Assembly: GCA_000320545.1 (NCBI GenBank)
Contig: ADNK01000210.1
Coordinates: 1-56,097, forward strand
DNA: 56,097 nt
From: Bigelowiella natans CCMP2755
Taxonomy: Eukaryota > Protista > Cercozoa
Direction: 5' to 3'
The first letter of the stretch is position 1; every line of letters starts with the position of its first letter. The notes under the pieces are model-generated. The model did not search any database, had not been told where the DNA came from, and was given only the letters and a program-made list of their open reading frames with translations. The position numbers were made by a program, and so were the translations under genes. Below, piece by piece: positions 37,423 to 49,696 of this stretch.

Positions 37423-38333
37423 CTCTCTATGCCTTAGCTTTTCCAACTGCACGCCTTCTTCGTTGTCGTTGTAATAACAACCCCCATCCTATACAATTCT
37501 GAAAGACAATGCCTCTTCGGGGAAGTGAGACCAAGAAAGACCATAAGCTCCATAGGTGATGGGAGGATATAGTAGCGTTTGTAACACCCATTGCTTCCAA
37601 TACGACGCAATCATCACCCAGCAATGAGAAATGCATACTTTTTGGCCTCGGTGGCTACAGGTTCTTCGGCATTGATGCCCCTACCACTACCCAGCATTTC
37701 ACCTCCAGTCTCGGTAAGAATATCGATGCAGAGGAGGCCAGCCGGAGCAAAGCGGAGACCAAAACGGAGAACTCCTCACAATTGAGAGCCGTCGATTCAA
37801 AGCAGCGGATGGAATCATCGAAGGTTGAAGGTAGGACAGAAGAACACAAAGACGCTGCCGACATCGAGTTTCCTAACGCCATTACTATCACACGTGCAAC
37901 GTCTCCAGAGGCCGCTGCAATCACGGCGCTCTCTCTGAAGACTGAGAAGAGTCGCAACGAAGACAAAAGCATCAGAGTTCTTAAGGATTACACGATATCT
38001 AGGAAGGTTGTGCAAGTGAATGATGAATCGATGCTTCCGAGGGTAGAGACGCGACTTCGGTCTCGATCGAGTCCGGCGTCTAGGCGGAGGCATCACCGAA
38101 CGAAGGGCATATTACTGAGGGGGTCCGACAAAAAGAACCTTCTCAAATCTATAAAGTCGGAAGATCACGCTGAGGTGATAAACATAAAGCCACCGACGTT
38201 GGCCATGACAGATGGACCCATAGCAGCCGGAGACAGTCACGACGAAATAGATCATCACGCAGCGGTTGCTAGATCGGTACCACCACAACTGACAATGATA
38301 ACTCGAGGTAGCTTCATTGAAGATAGTCCTTAG
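32292..38333 (+). CDS. Large hypothetical multi-exon locus (possibly more than one gene)
   Basis: A series of + strand open segments bounded by AG/GT and separated by microsatellite introns, with a long low-complexity terminal ORF ending at 38333. No domain was recognised. Confidence 0.45.
36423..36498. repeat. Compound (CA)n-(GA)n microsatellite, representative of dozens of intronic SSRs in the window
   Basis: Direct inspection. (TA)n, (GA)n, (CA)n, (CAT)n, (CTT)n, (CAG)n and poly-G/C runs fill the introns at about 0.2-3, 13.6-19.5, 34.3-37.4, 39.1-40.7, 45.9-52.9 and 54.6-56 kb. Confidence 0.95.
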
Positions 38334-38339
38334 CTGTCT

Positions 38340-38880
38340 AAATCTAGCTGACTGCTCACAGCAACAAATTTGGACCACGGTCACATGCAATTGAATTACG
38401 ATTGATACTATTATCTCTGCGACATCGATGTGACGATCTATGCGGCAACAATGATGTAGCAGGTGCGTCTGAGGTGCGAGGGTAGCAGCCTTTGCGTGGC
38501 TTGATCGTGTAGCATTGCAAGTACATGGCTCGTGCGCAGCATCGCATGAGAAGAGTTCCGAATGGACACTAGGACACCAAGGGCGTATCATTTGATTATT
38601 GCAACCAACAAAATGCGACAGCGTGTGTGCATTTAATGCACACTGTTTCCGCAATTATTGTGCAATGCATATGCATATGATATGCGCATCTCACATGCAT
38701 GTATTGCGCATTTGCTGCGTGGATGTAGGCCGAGGTAGCGCGACGACACATGCTCTGCAGCCGCATAAGCAAACATCAGACTGGGCACATAGAAGCAAGC
38801 ACATTGCGTAACAACGCATCGTGACAGACTGCAATGCAAACTGTTCAAACGCGTGCACTCATTAAGTAAGTGGCATACAA
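38340..38880. other. CA/TG/CATG-rich tract in a convergent spacer
   Basis: Dense tgca/catg/gcat starting immediately after the 38333 stop. Confidence 0.6.
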
Positions 38881-38984
38881 CCACTGTACTATATACCACA
38901 CATATACGAAATCTTCAGTTTTAATGCATATACATTATTCATTATCGTTCAGACAAATGCTCACACTCTTGCAATGGCTTATAG

Positions 38985-39128
38985 TTAGCCATCGATCGGA
39001 ATCCCCAACTGCCATTGCTTCAGCCGCCGCGTGTTCCTTTGGAGCATGCCAATGAGAACCAGGCTCAAAACGGTGTGCGGGCCAGCACGGACAAAGTGAG
39101 CTCCCACCTTACACAGCACCGATGATAT

Positions 39129-39165
<37 letters not shown>

Positions 39166-39205
39166 CATATGTTGTTGAGTAATATTGAGTAATTACGTAT
39201 ACATA

Positions 39206-39254
<49 letters not shown>

Positions 39255-40685
39255 GAAGATGGGGTCAATAGCTGTACCCCTTTCCACAAGGCCGGAATGC
39301 CCTCCTTTCTCCCGATTTGTATCACTGTATCTACGGGGCCCTTGTACAGAACGCCTCGACCTTTCTCGTCGACAGGCTATATATAGCAATTCCACAAGCA
39401 AAATGAACTCTCACTAGTACTCACCACCAAACCCTTATGTCTCATTTGAAGGGAGCGAAGTAGCAAGGAAGCCCACCTGATTGTACAGTCGCGTTCTGGT
39501 CACCTGATATACACGTAATACTCAAAGCGGGGTCATTTGGGCGCGAGAGCGGCTGGTTGCGCTGCCTTTCTTACATCGACAGGATTGATAATGAAGACTC
39601 CAATGCAGGAGGCTACGAATGAGCAGAACCCATCACGCGTGAGTCCTGGACGCATACGAGACTTCTCTTTCAAGACCGAGTTGCAGGGGAGAACAGCGCT
39701 TTTCCGATACATAGCAAAGGGTAATTAGCTGTTTAAGAAACAAGGCCAAGTCTTAGAAGCGGGACCTGGTGAAAAGCACGCTCCTGAGGATGTTTGCGGA
39801 AACGCCTCGCCACAGGCCCGGAATAAGACCTTCTCTCGCTGCGATCGTCCAAAGCAAGGAGAACCCAGCCTGTGCAGGGTACTAGATAATGAGACATCTG
39901 CACGTCTGAGGCATATGCTAAAGGATCATCAATAACCGTTGGTTTGTAGGAATGGTGGTTTCCAGCGGCCCCCCCGGAAGCCTGGATGCGCGTCTTCAGG
40001 ATGTCCAAAGGATTACATATCACTGCGCCAGCAAATCCAGACATGGCACCTGCATATAGTATTCACCAGGCCCCTCAGTCACATGAGCAAACTGGTAAAT
40101 TCTTGTCGCGATGAGTCCTTGGGGGTAACCTGCCACTACTCGTTTGTAGACGGGAATAGGGTTCTTTTTATCGTGATGTATTCGAAATACTATCGGCTCG
40201 TATAGGCCGATGCGGAAGAAGCATTTGGAGCCATCACGGACCATCGCAACCTTTAAGCTCCTGTCAACCCCCCCCCCCGTACAAGTATTAAAATTGAATG
40301 CAGAGAGATGTAGTTTGGAGAAGTGTGTGCCCTTATATGTTACCTTTGTAGGCCGTGTACACCTTCGTTCGAATAGATTTGATTTAGCGTCTTCAAAATC
40401 GCCCGTGCTTGCGATTCACCGCTTCCGTGCGCTCGAGTAAGCTCGCTTTGCATCTTCGTAAAATTTAGGCGATTTATTCTTTTATCTATCGGTAAAATAA
40501 GTATGGACCTGCAGTCTTGTCTTGACAACGTCCATAGGATTTGTTATGATGACGGCCAGTGCTGGACCCACACCACTGCAAACCATGCCCAGCAACCCAT
40601 CGCGTCCGTATCTGTTACCAATGTTAATCGAAGGTTGGTGTCTGCCTCCCCTCCCCCCCCCCCACCCCCCCTCTCTCTCTCTCTA

Positions 40686-40729
<44 letters not shown>

Positions 40730-41039
40730 CGTATATGTGCATGTATGTTTGTAAGTAATGTTTATTGTGTGTCTAACTTTTCGTCAAGCGCCATCGGATG
40801 ATGATGCAAAGGAGCTGGGGCACAGTGGGGAGTACTCCCCTTTTGCAGTTGCAAACACAGTTGTCCTTATACTCTCGAGGGGTGAAACGCCAGCACGGAG
40901 GTCGCGATGTATTCTTCAGGAGGGGCCTCTCGGCGCGCTGCACGCTTCCACGGCCGCCGTCGTCGTCGTCTTCGTCGGTCGCCCCACGTGCCAAGGAACT
41001 TGAAACCAGTTTCCTCCCTGCGACAAGTATAATGCGCAT
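38985..41039 (-). CDS. Mitochondrial carrier family protein, OAC1/SLC25A34-35-like
   Basis: Three carrier signatures (NPMDVVKTRLQ, NPLDILKTRIQ, NPVDV|TRTRLYNQ|P), plus RIGLYEP, GLWRGV and HFVRAGPHT. GT-AG introns. Confidence 0.9.
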
Positions 41040-41198
41040 ATCAGTAATAGTAACAGCCTGCAATTTGCAGTTTTTCTTTCTATTAAGTGGAATAGTGAAT
41101 ATTCTGCATGTGCGACAATGGGATAGAGTATAAAATTTTTTTAATTTTTATGAGAAATAGCTCCACAATTGCCTCGACACCCCCTATCCCGAACCCTA
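41040..41198. promoter_or_regulatory. Putative compact bidirectional promoter between the carrier and the phosphatase
   Basis: About 160 bp of AT-rich spacer between divergent start codons. Positional inference only. Confidence 0.4.
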
Positions 41199-43211
41199 AT
41201 GCTCGCCTTGCTTCTCCTCCTTACCCCAGCTGTTGTTACCGCCGGGGACACCTTAAACTTCCTTGCCATTGGGGATTGGGGTCCTGGTATGAAAAATCAT
41301 CGTTCGTGCTTACGCTTGTGCCCTATAGCTACCTTCCTGGCTGCTGCTTCTAACGATTGGCATTTTCTTCGTGTGTGTACAATTTAAAACAGATCCAAAT
41401 TCAACAACTGAAATAGCTGTGGCCAATGGTATGGGTGCAATCGCCAAGGAGCTAAATGCCGAATTTGTTGCGCTCCTCGGAGACAACTTCTACACACACG
41501 GGATCCAGAGCGATGAGTTCAGCTCGAGGTTCCACGATACGTTCGAAAGTGTATTCTCTGCCGAATCTCTTCAGAAAATTCCCTTCTACGCAATAGCTGG
41601 AAACCACGACCACAAGGTGATAATGAGTACTCGAGACGTACATCCGTGATCCATTTAACTCGCTGCTTTCGCTGACTCTCCTCAGGGCAATGTGAGCGCT
41701 CAGATTGAATACACCAAGCACTCGGATCGATGGACTTATCCCCAGCCATGGTAATGCAACATCATGCTGGGAATTATCACGGATAAGTTGATGAATATTC
41801 GCCCAAAATTGAATGGCGCCTCTATCTAGGTACTCCGTGAAACACCAATTCGGCGAGCGATCGATCGAGATTTTCTTCATTGACACAGTCATCCTCGCAG
41901 GAAGCTCCGAGTCGGAACAGGGCGAAATCAGTGGCGTTGGTTTGACTGGATACGATCTCCCTGGCCCTGTGAGACATAATACATTGCTCAATTGGCTATA
42001 TTGTGTCGCCTCTATCTCATACATGAACAGTTAAGCTCACTATATATCGGATAAATAGGAAAACGGCCAACTTGCATCCATGCAGATAAAGTGGTTGATT
42101 GACGGCCTAAGGGGGTCTAAAGCAGACTACATATTAGTTGGCGGTCACTATCCTATCTACAGTATCGGCAGCCACGGCAACACGCCCCTCCTCGAGTAAC
42201 TAATTACCTAAACCACCTCAAAACTTGGAGAGTATGAAGAAATGCCAAGTACTTTGTGAGACGGGGGCGGAGGAGAAGAATAATAATGCTACGAACACTT
42301 CTTCATAATAGTTGCAAATACTGTTTGTGATGAGATGACGGCCCACCCTTATTAGGATGATGCTAAATCCATTTTTGAAAAAGTATGGCGCTCATTACAT
42401 GTGCGGTCACGATCACGATATGTTACACATCGACAGAGGAACAGGCGTGCAGGTGATAGAGGCAATGAAGATCGAGATGCTTGTTTTCATTTCAAAGATA
42501 GAGAGCGCCGCCATTCGAGCCATACGTGATCCCCGTAATTTTTATTCTCTATAGTACATTCTCACTGGTGCTGGTGGGGATGGCTGCTGCTACGATGCGA
42601 AGCACCTAAAGGACATCCCGAAGGACGCGATCAAATTTGCTGCTGTAGGCAAAGATGTAATACGACACGTATCGTACACGTGCCCAGATATAATAATACC
42701 GTAGCACAAATTATGCCTACGGCTGGGATGGGATAATATCTGAGATGCTGCGAACAGGGGTGAAACGCTCTTCCTAGTGTTGATTTTTGTTCAATGGATG
42801 CTTACTCAGGGCTCTGCTTACCAGAAGATGCCTCTCCCCCTCCTCGGAGGGTTCACGTCATTCCAACTGACAGCTGAATCAATGAAGGTTAGGCAGCACA
42901 CATATCGTCTCTCGCTCTCAGTGTTCACCCACCGCTGAAATAGAATCACCCCTGCGTATCCAGGTTATATTTCACGCGCATGACGGGACGGAACTCTACC
43001 GCACCCAGGTACGCTCGGTTCACGAAATGAAGTGACAGCTCCGAATTTCTTCCTCGTTCTTCCCAGCTCCTTATTAAGGTGAAATTGAATCATGTTAGCC
43101 TTACCTTTCATACTTTTTGTTTCAAAGGAGATCCCGCGAAGAAAGGCCAACGATTTACAGGATCTGGCGGATGACGATCTTGATAGTTACTTCGCAACCT
43201 TTGATTTATAA
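41199..43211 (+). CDS. Purple (tartrate-resistant, ACP5-like) acid phosphatase, secreted
   Basis: Signal peptide MLALLLLLTPAVVTA and metallophosphoesterase motifs GDWG, GDNFY, GNHD, GHYP and GHDH across short introns. The last exon is tentative. Confidence 0.92.
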
Positions 43212-43584
43212 GAGGACGTGTAAAGAACTTCCCGCCGAAGCGTAGTGTACTTGACAAAAATTTCTGAACTTCAGATTTTCGATCAATGCTCTCAACCCTA
43301 AATGTGGTGCAGTTTATTCGTCGTGGTATTTGCATTAAGAAGGGAGGGGGTTGTCATTGTCTATCGCCTCAGAACAAACAGAATCGTATCTATGTATTAC
43401 CAAAATCAGGGTGAAGTAAATGCCACGTTTGACAATTGGATCTGTGATGCTTCACCGAATGCAGTGAGTCGTCTGCATGATGCAATAATTTGACAATTTA
43501 GTGCTAACATAACTTTATAATATATGTGCCCATTGCAAAGATTGCGACATCTTTCGCAACTTTCGACACCCATGTGTGAGTGCC

Positions 43585-44340
43585 ATGCATCTAGCTAACA
43601 CAGCATACTCACATGCTAGCACACTAGCACAGCATGTGCTACATAGTCAACACTAGCGACATTTCACAAGCATGCAACACACAATCGCAAAAACAGTCAG
43701 ATTCAACATGGGCGCTGCATGTCATTGTTGCCGCTGCATTGCAGTCTAGCAGTGCTGCAATTGAAAAGGTTCAATCTGACCAATGCTCTGTCTCACATGC
43801 ACGACACATCTAGGCATCTAGACATGCCCATGCTAACAATGCTAGCAACCCATGCCACCTGTGTGGCCAGCATTGTGCACACTTATAATGCACACATCGC
43901 TAGATCGGCATGCATGCTAGCATGTCAGCCTGTATACCTGATGCACAGCTAGACAGCCGCAGTGCGGCCACCACCGCGGTGCGCATTTTGCATGCACGTG
44001 CAATGCAGATGCTGCGGCATTCTTGGTGTGTGTGAAGCAGCAACAATTCGCAGCAGCTTTGCACAGCTGCATTGGGATGGCCATTGAAAAGATTCAATTC
44101 ATTCATTGCACCATGCACAGCATCCGTCTCAACACGCAGAATTCGATCGCTGCGCACTTGCATGGTGCACTCTGGCTAGCTGGCACTGTGGAGCCTGTGC
44201 TCAGTTGCCCGCAAAACATCACCTGTTGCGGTCCCACTGCTGAACCAAATTGCCAGAATGTCAACGACATGGCAAAAATCATGGGCACAGCACGTGTCTT
44301 TCATCAAAATGATCTTTGTCAAAATGACATGGCAAAAATC
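43585..44340 (+). repeat. Longest copy of a dispersed non-coding repeat (degenerate, possibly a non-autonomous mobile element)
   Basis: The reverse complement of 43585-44205 aligns with 19980-20356. 44222-44340 aligns directly with 10687-10800. The reverse complement of 44065-44130 aligns with 53330-53390. Confidence 0.85.
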
Positions 44341-44630
44341 ATCGCCAGAGATAATAGACACAGCAATACACAATATATGTTATATGCATAGTTGTGCATT
44401 GCATGTCTATCACAAGTGTTGCTCAAATGACAGACACAGCAATGCACAACATGCATCACACACATGGTGCATTGCATGTCGATCATGGAGCATCGCGCCA
44501 TTGCCCACATCTTGAATTCCAGCTACAGTGTGCGCCTCACTCATCGCCAATGATCGCGTTCATCCTTCGGACTTCTCGTGCTGTGCATCCTCACTTTCCA
44601 AGTGCTTGCGTTTCAATTTCCCCCAAAATC

Positions 44631-44655
44631 TCGCAAATCTCACTGAGATTTGCGA
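44631..44655. repeat. 25-bp palindrome with perfect 12-bp arms and a 1-nt centre
   Basis: TCGCAAATCTCA-C-TGAGATTTGCGA. Confidence 0.9.
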
Positions 44656-45556
44656 CTACGAACCTTGAGTGCTTGTGCTAGGCTTTCTTCCACAACGAAC
44701 AATGAACAATGAACAAAGCGTTGATCAAATCTACATGCGCCAGAACCACATGGGAGACAGGCGTTTGCATGCAGCAGAGCCTCAACAACACTCGTTCCAC
44801 GCTTCCTGGTCAGAGTCTGACTTTCCGATGTTGAAGTACCGGTAACGACCTGCACCTGAAATCGTCTTTGAAACGGTAAAACAACGCAAGGGTAAAACAT
44901 ACCTACGACATCGAAACTTTCCTAAATAAACTAGATTATACCGTAGATCTATTCCAAATTGCAAGTTCCCTCTCATGCAAGTTGGCTTTTTGGGGGGTTT
45001 TCTCACAAAAAATATTCCGGGTTTTCTCTGAGAAAATGCAACTTTTCTCGTGCAAAATTCAGTCGAATTCCACCTTGCCAGAAGATGGATTTTTTCGGCA
45101 AAATTTCACCGAGAAATCCTGGAAATCTGATCGGGACAATTTCCCAAAGCGGCTCAGAAAGAATAAAAACGCGCACAGTTCTGTTTCAGTCGCCCCAACC
45201 CCACCCACCCCAGCAGATCAGAGGGGCCAAGTAAGGAGGAGGACAAGGCAAGGAGAAATTCTGTGTAACGACTTACGGGTACGGCTTATAATCGATTATT
45301 CGCTGTAGTAGAGGGGGGAAATGGGAGAATCTGGCGGTCGGTCCCCGACAAGTGTGTGCTTGTCTCCGACATGATGTGCTCTGCATGCACAATTTAAAGG
45401 AGGGAAGCTGCAGAAAAGGGAAGGCCGGGAGTGGGGAGGGTGGGGGAAAGAAAGATACGGGTAGATGAATAGATAGTTAGATATAGAACGAAAGAAAGAC
45501 AGCAAGAAAGAAAGAGAGGACATGTGTTCACGGGTTACAACTCAAACGCAGCAAGC

Positions 45557-46476
45557 ATGGCTGCGGAAGGCGACGACGATGCGGAGCTCCAGAGGGTTCT
45601 CGAACTCAGGTAGAGCGATCTTTATCTATTCAGTCTCACACTCGAATAAGCTCCGCGAGAGACGACGCTGGGAAAAAGAAGCTTGCCTCCTCACGAAACC
45701 CAATTTACCATATCTTCAGTCGCAAAGAAGCAGAAGAAAAAGATGCTGCGGAGAGGAGGTCACAGGAAAACTTAACCAGAGCCCTCCAAGAAAGCAAGGT
45801 GCTAACCTTTGTTCTCATTAAAATGGTTCGGTCGGTCGGGGTAGACATGAAGGATATGTCACCATAATAATGAATTCATCGACGTGCGTGTTTTTTTTTG
45901 CGTTTTGTGTGTGTGTGTGTTTACTTGTGCTCCGCTCCTATCATCGTCATAGATTGACGATCAAAGGAATCATCAGGCAAGGTAATGGCTCCATCTGTCC
46001 ATATACATACGTGTGAATCCCATCATACATTCGCGAACGTGAGCAAGCGAGCATATGATCGCTGAAGTGTTGTATTATTCCCTTACAGAAAGGATGAGGA
46101 CGAGATACTAAAGCGTGTAATGGCACAGAGCAAAGTAAGTGATTGCGGGAGAACAAGAAGGCGGTTTGGACAGGAAAAAGAAAGATAAAGAAAAAAGAAA
46201 ATTATGAGTCATGGGGAGTAGGATTGCTAAGAATGTGAGTGATTACGGAGAGGGATCTCCAAAGAAAGAGCATTATCTGAACGGAGAAATTTATAGCATC
46301 CTTTGTCCGTTTGCTATCTATGCTCAGTGACTGGTGTTTTTCCGAAATGATGATATAATAGGCCGAAGCTGAAGAGCAGGAGATAAAGGATCAGCAGGTA
46401 GGAGCGTGTGGTGTAAAGAGGATCGATCTTGATGAGCACCGCGTGTTTCTTTATCCTTTTCTCTCCCTCTCCCTCT

Positions 46477-46527
<51 letters not shown>

Positions 46528-47125
46528 CTCTTCCCCCTTTCCCTCTTCCCCTCGTTGTTCAACATTATGTTAAATCTGGTATTGTGGGGAAACTAAGTAT
46601 AGTGAAGAGCTGTGCTTCGATGTAAGTCATACGGAAGATGATACGTACTAATCTCAAACAACTCCCTATTCAGCTGTTACAGCGCATCATGACTCTTTCT
46701 CGCAACGACCAGCCAAAGCGAAAGCTTCCAGACGATAGTAACGGCAGGGCAACGGTACGTGATGACGAAAACCCTTCTTCCTTGATGAGCATGCATGCAT
46801 ACCAAAAAAGGCGGAGGTTGGGAGGGGGAAATATGGTGTCAGAAGGAGCCCCATCATAGCAAAAACGCATTCAGATTTTTGTCTTTCCTTTCCCAAAAAA
46901 CGATTTGCGTGTGATTTTATACTGGCGACTCGCGCGAATCCCATTCTCCCATCCCCCTCGTCCCTTGCATGTAGGTGGATGTAACGTCATGTTGGTGGAT
47001 GCTTTCCGGCAATGAGGATGAGAAACGTAGGGGGGGGGGGGGGGGGGTGGATAGGAGGAGCCCAAAGATATAGTTAGTTGTCAATACCAACTGTGGCCAC
47101 TCATTAAGACGCCTTCAACGAGTCT

Positions 47126-47158
<33 letters not shown>

Positions 47159-47207
47159 CTCTTTCGTTTCACCTCTCGATGTTCCCTCATACTAATACAC
47201 GCAAGAT

Positions 47208-47245
<38 letters not shown>

Positions 47246-47621
47246 GTGTGCGTGTGTATTCAGGAGGAAACCCTGGCAACAACAGGATGCTTAACTACAT
47301 AGCCCTCGCCTATCAAGTTGGCCTTGCGGTGAGAAAGAGAGGGAGCGAGAAAGTAAAGGGGGGGGGGGGGGATGGGGAGTGGAAATGATGACGATGACGA
47401 TGATGATGATGGTGATGATGATGATGACGGGAGAACACACAATCATATCAACATTGAATACCATACTTAGGTCATCGTAGAGGGGGGGGTTGGAGGGAGG
47501 GAGATAGAAAGGGGGAAATTTGAATAATTCATCTTATACGTGGCACTCATCAAGATCACAATTCTTAATAGACAACTGGCGGTGATAAGAAACAGCTTTT
47601 GATTAGCGGTAGCTATAACCG

Positions 47622-47652
<31 letters not shown>

Positions 47653-49650
47653 AACAACAACAACAACAGAGAGGAGGGGGGGGGATTGAGAAGGAGGCCG
47701 ACGAGACGGGGGAAGAACGCAAGCAAGCAAATACCGGGGGGAAGAGAGACGGAACCACCCCTTTCTGTGCTAAATATGCACGCCATTGATATGTAGCGGT
47801 GTAGGAGGATTTGGGCTCTCCTTCCTCTTCCTTTTTCTCTTCTTCTTTCTTCTTCTACTTTCTCTCTACTCTGCGCTGCTACCGTGATGATGCGGGTGAT
47901 GACGCGAAGTGTCGCTTTTGTCTGATGACGGCGCTGCTGATGGATGTTTCACAGGAGAACCTGACTGTGTTCGCACGGCCAAGGTATCCTTCCCCGATGT
48001 TATTTGCGCATGTTTCTTTTTCAATGATCGGGTGAATGGATGGAGAGCGATGATGGCGATGGCGACGTCGAATATCCACTCACAGATTGTCTATTTTGTG
48101 TGTTTCCTATTTGCTCCCTGCAATGATGATGGCGATGATGATGATGGTGGCAAACAGTACAAGCTTGAATCGATCATAGCTAACCCAACGAGGTACTTGT
48201 GAGCTTTTCGTTGAGTGTGGGTGCGTGCGTTTTGTTGCACTTGTCTTGTCTCCTTCCTCGTCCCCCCCCCCCCTTCCCCCTTCGCCACTATCGTTTTTGG
48301 TGGCCATTTGAGCACAACCACACTCCGAAAATGATCGTGGTGAGTGGACGGATGGCTCTGTGGCGCTGGCTCGTTTTCTTTCCCTCTTTCTTCCGCTTCG
48401 AATCTGCTTCTTCCGAGCACTCAATGCAACATACGCAACAGGTTCAAGGCCGAGTTTGAGGAGCACTGTCGCAAACGTAAAGGAAAAAGCATATCAACTC
48501 CAACATCATTAAAAACAAAGTTCTTTCCCCCCTCCCCCCTTCGCCCTCCCGCCCCCGTCGCCCTCTCTCCAGGTGTGCATGTCTTCGTCGATAACTCAAA
48601 CATACTCATCGGAGGACAGTACGTCCAAAAGGTCACCGCATACCTTCGCAATATATAGACCGAGCACCCCTCTTTCCTACCCCTTCATAAGAATGAGTGC
48701 GAGTCGATAATGTATCCTGTTTCATAAATCCTGCCCCCCCCGCCCCCCCCTCCCGATCGATCGAAATACCTCCTTCTCCCCCCATAAGACTAATACAAAC
48801 TGTATAAATACATATACACATATTATCATGTATCAACTTATTATTGTAGGCCTCTGGCATGGAGCGTGACTACTCCATCAGAGTGAACTTTCCGAATGTG
48901 GCCAAAGTCGTCGAGGTCTTACGTTTCACACTTATGTGTCTTTCCCCATCCCAACCACCCACACCATATCTACTCATATCATGGTCATCGTTATCGCCAT
49001 CATCCCCCTCCCTCCCCCCCCCCCACACACCCTTCTCTCCTTCTTTCGTTTTTACTTTAAAACCTATCTTCTCCACTCAGATGCAACGTGATGCAAAGAC
49101 GCGGTTCGTGGGAGGTGGGTGCTGCTAGACTGTCGCTCATATGATAGCGCTCTGCTAGCTACCTACCTGCTACTACTACAACTACTACTGCTACTACTAC
49201 ATTTTGGCTGCATCCGATTTCCTTTAATGTGAAAAGACATTAGACTTGCTACTACCATCGCTTTCTCTTCTTCTCCTCCTCTTCCCCCTCCTCCCCCTCC
49301 ACACTCGTCATCAGCATTAGCATCAGCATCACCATCGCCTCCTTGGTCTTTTTCTATTCTACCCCTACAGGATCATACAACGAGGAACTACCAAACCCCA
49401 AGTGGGTTCAGGACTGGAAGTCCGTCGGCTACCAAGTAATATAACATAAATATAACATAATATAATATAATATAATATATATATATATATTTACATATGT
49501 GATTATTGCATGTGTGTCCGCGCGCGCGCGCGCTTTTCGTTCTCCAGCCTCTTCTCCTTCTTTCTCGCTCACTGGTGTTTTCATTAATACACTGAGATTC
49601 TGAGAGACGATAGCGCGAGATGATCGATCGCCAGCTGATGCATGATGCCG

Positions 49651-49696
<46 letters not shown>

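Noticed and set aside
43719-44681. Several overlapping His/Cys/Met/Ala-rich ORFs (also at 6538-7089, 10063-10677 and 38356-38899)
   Set aside because: These are artefacts of TpA depletion, which removes TAA/TAG stops while CATG supplies starts. No domain motifs are present.
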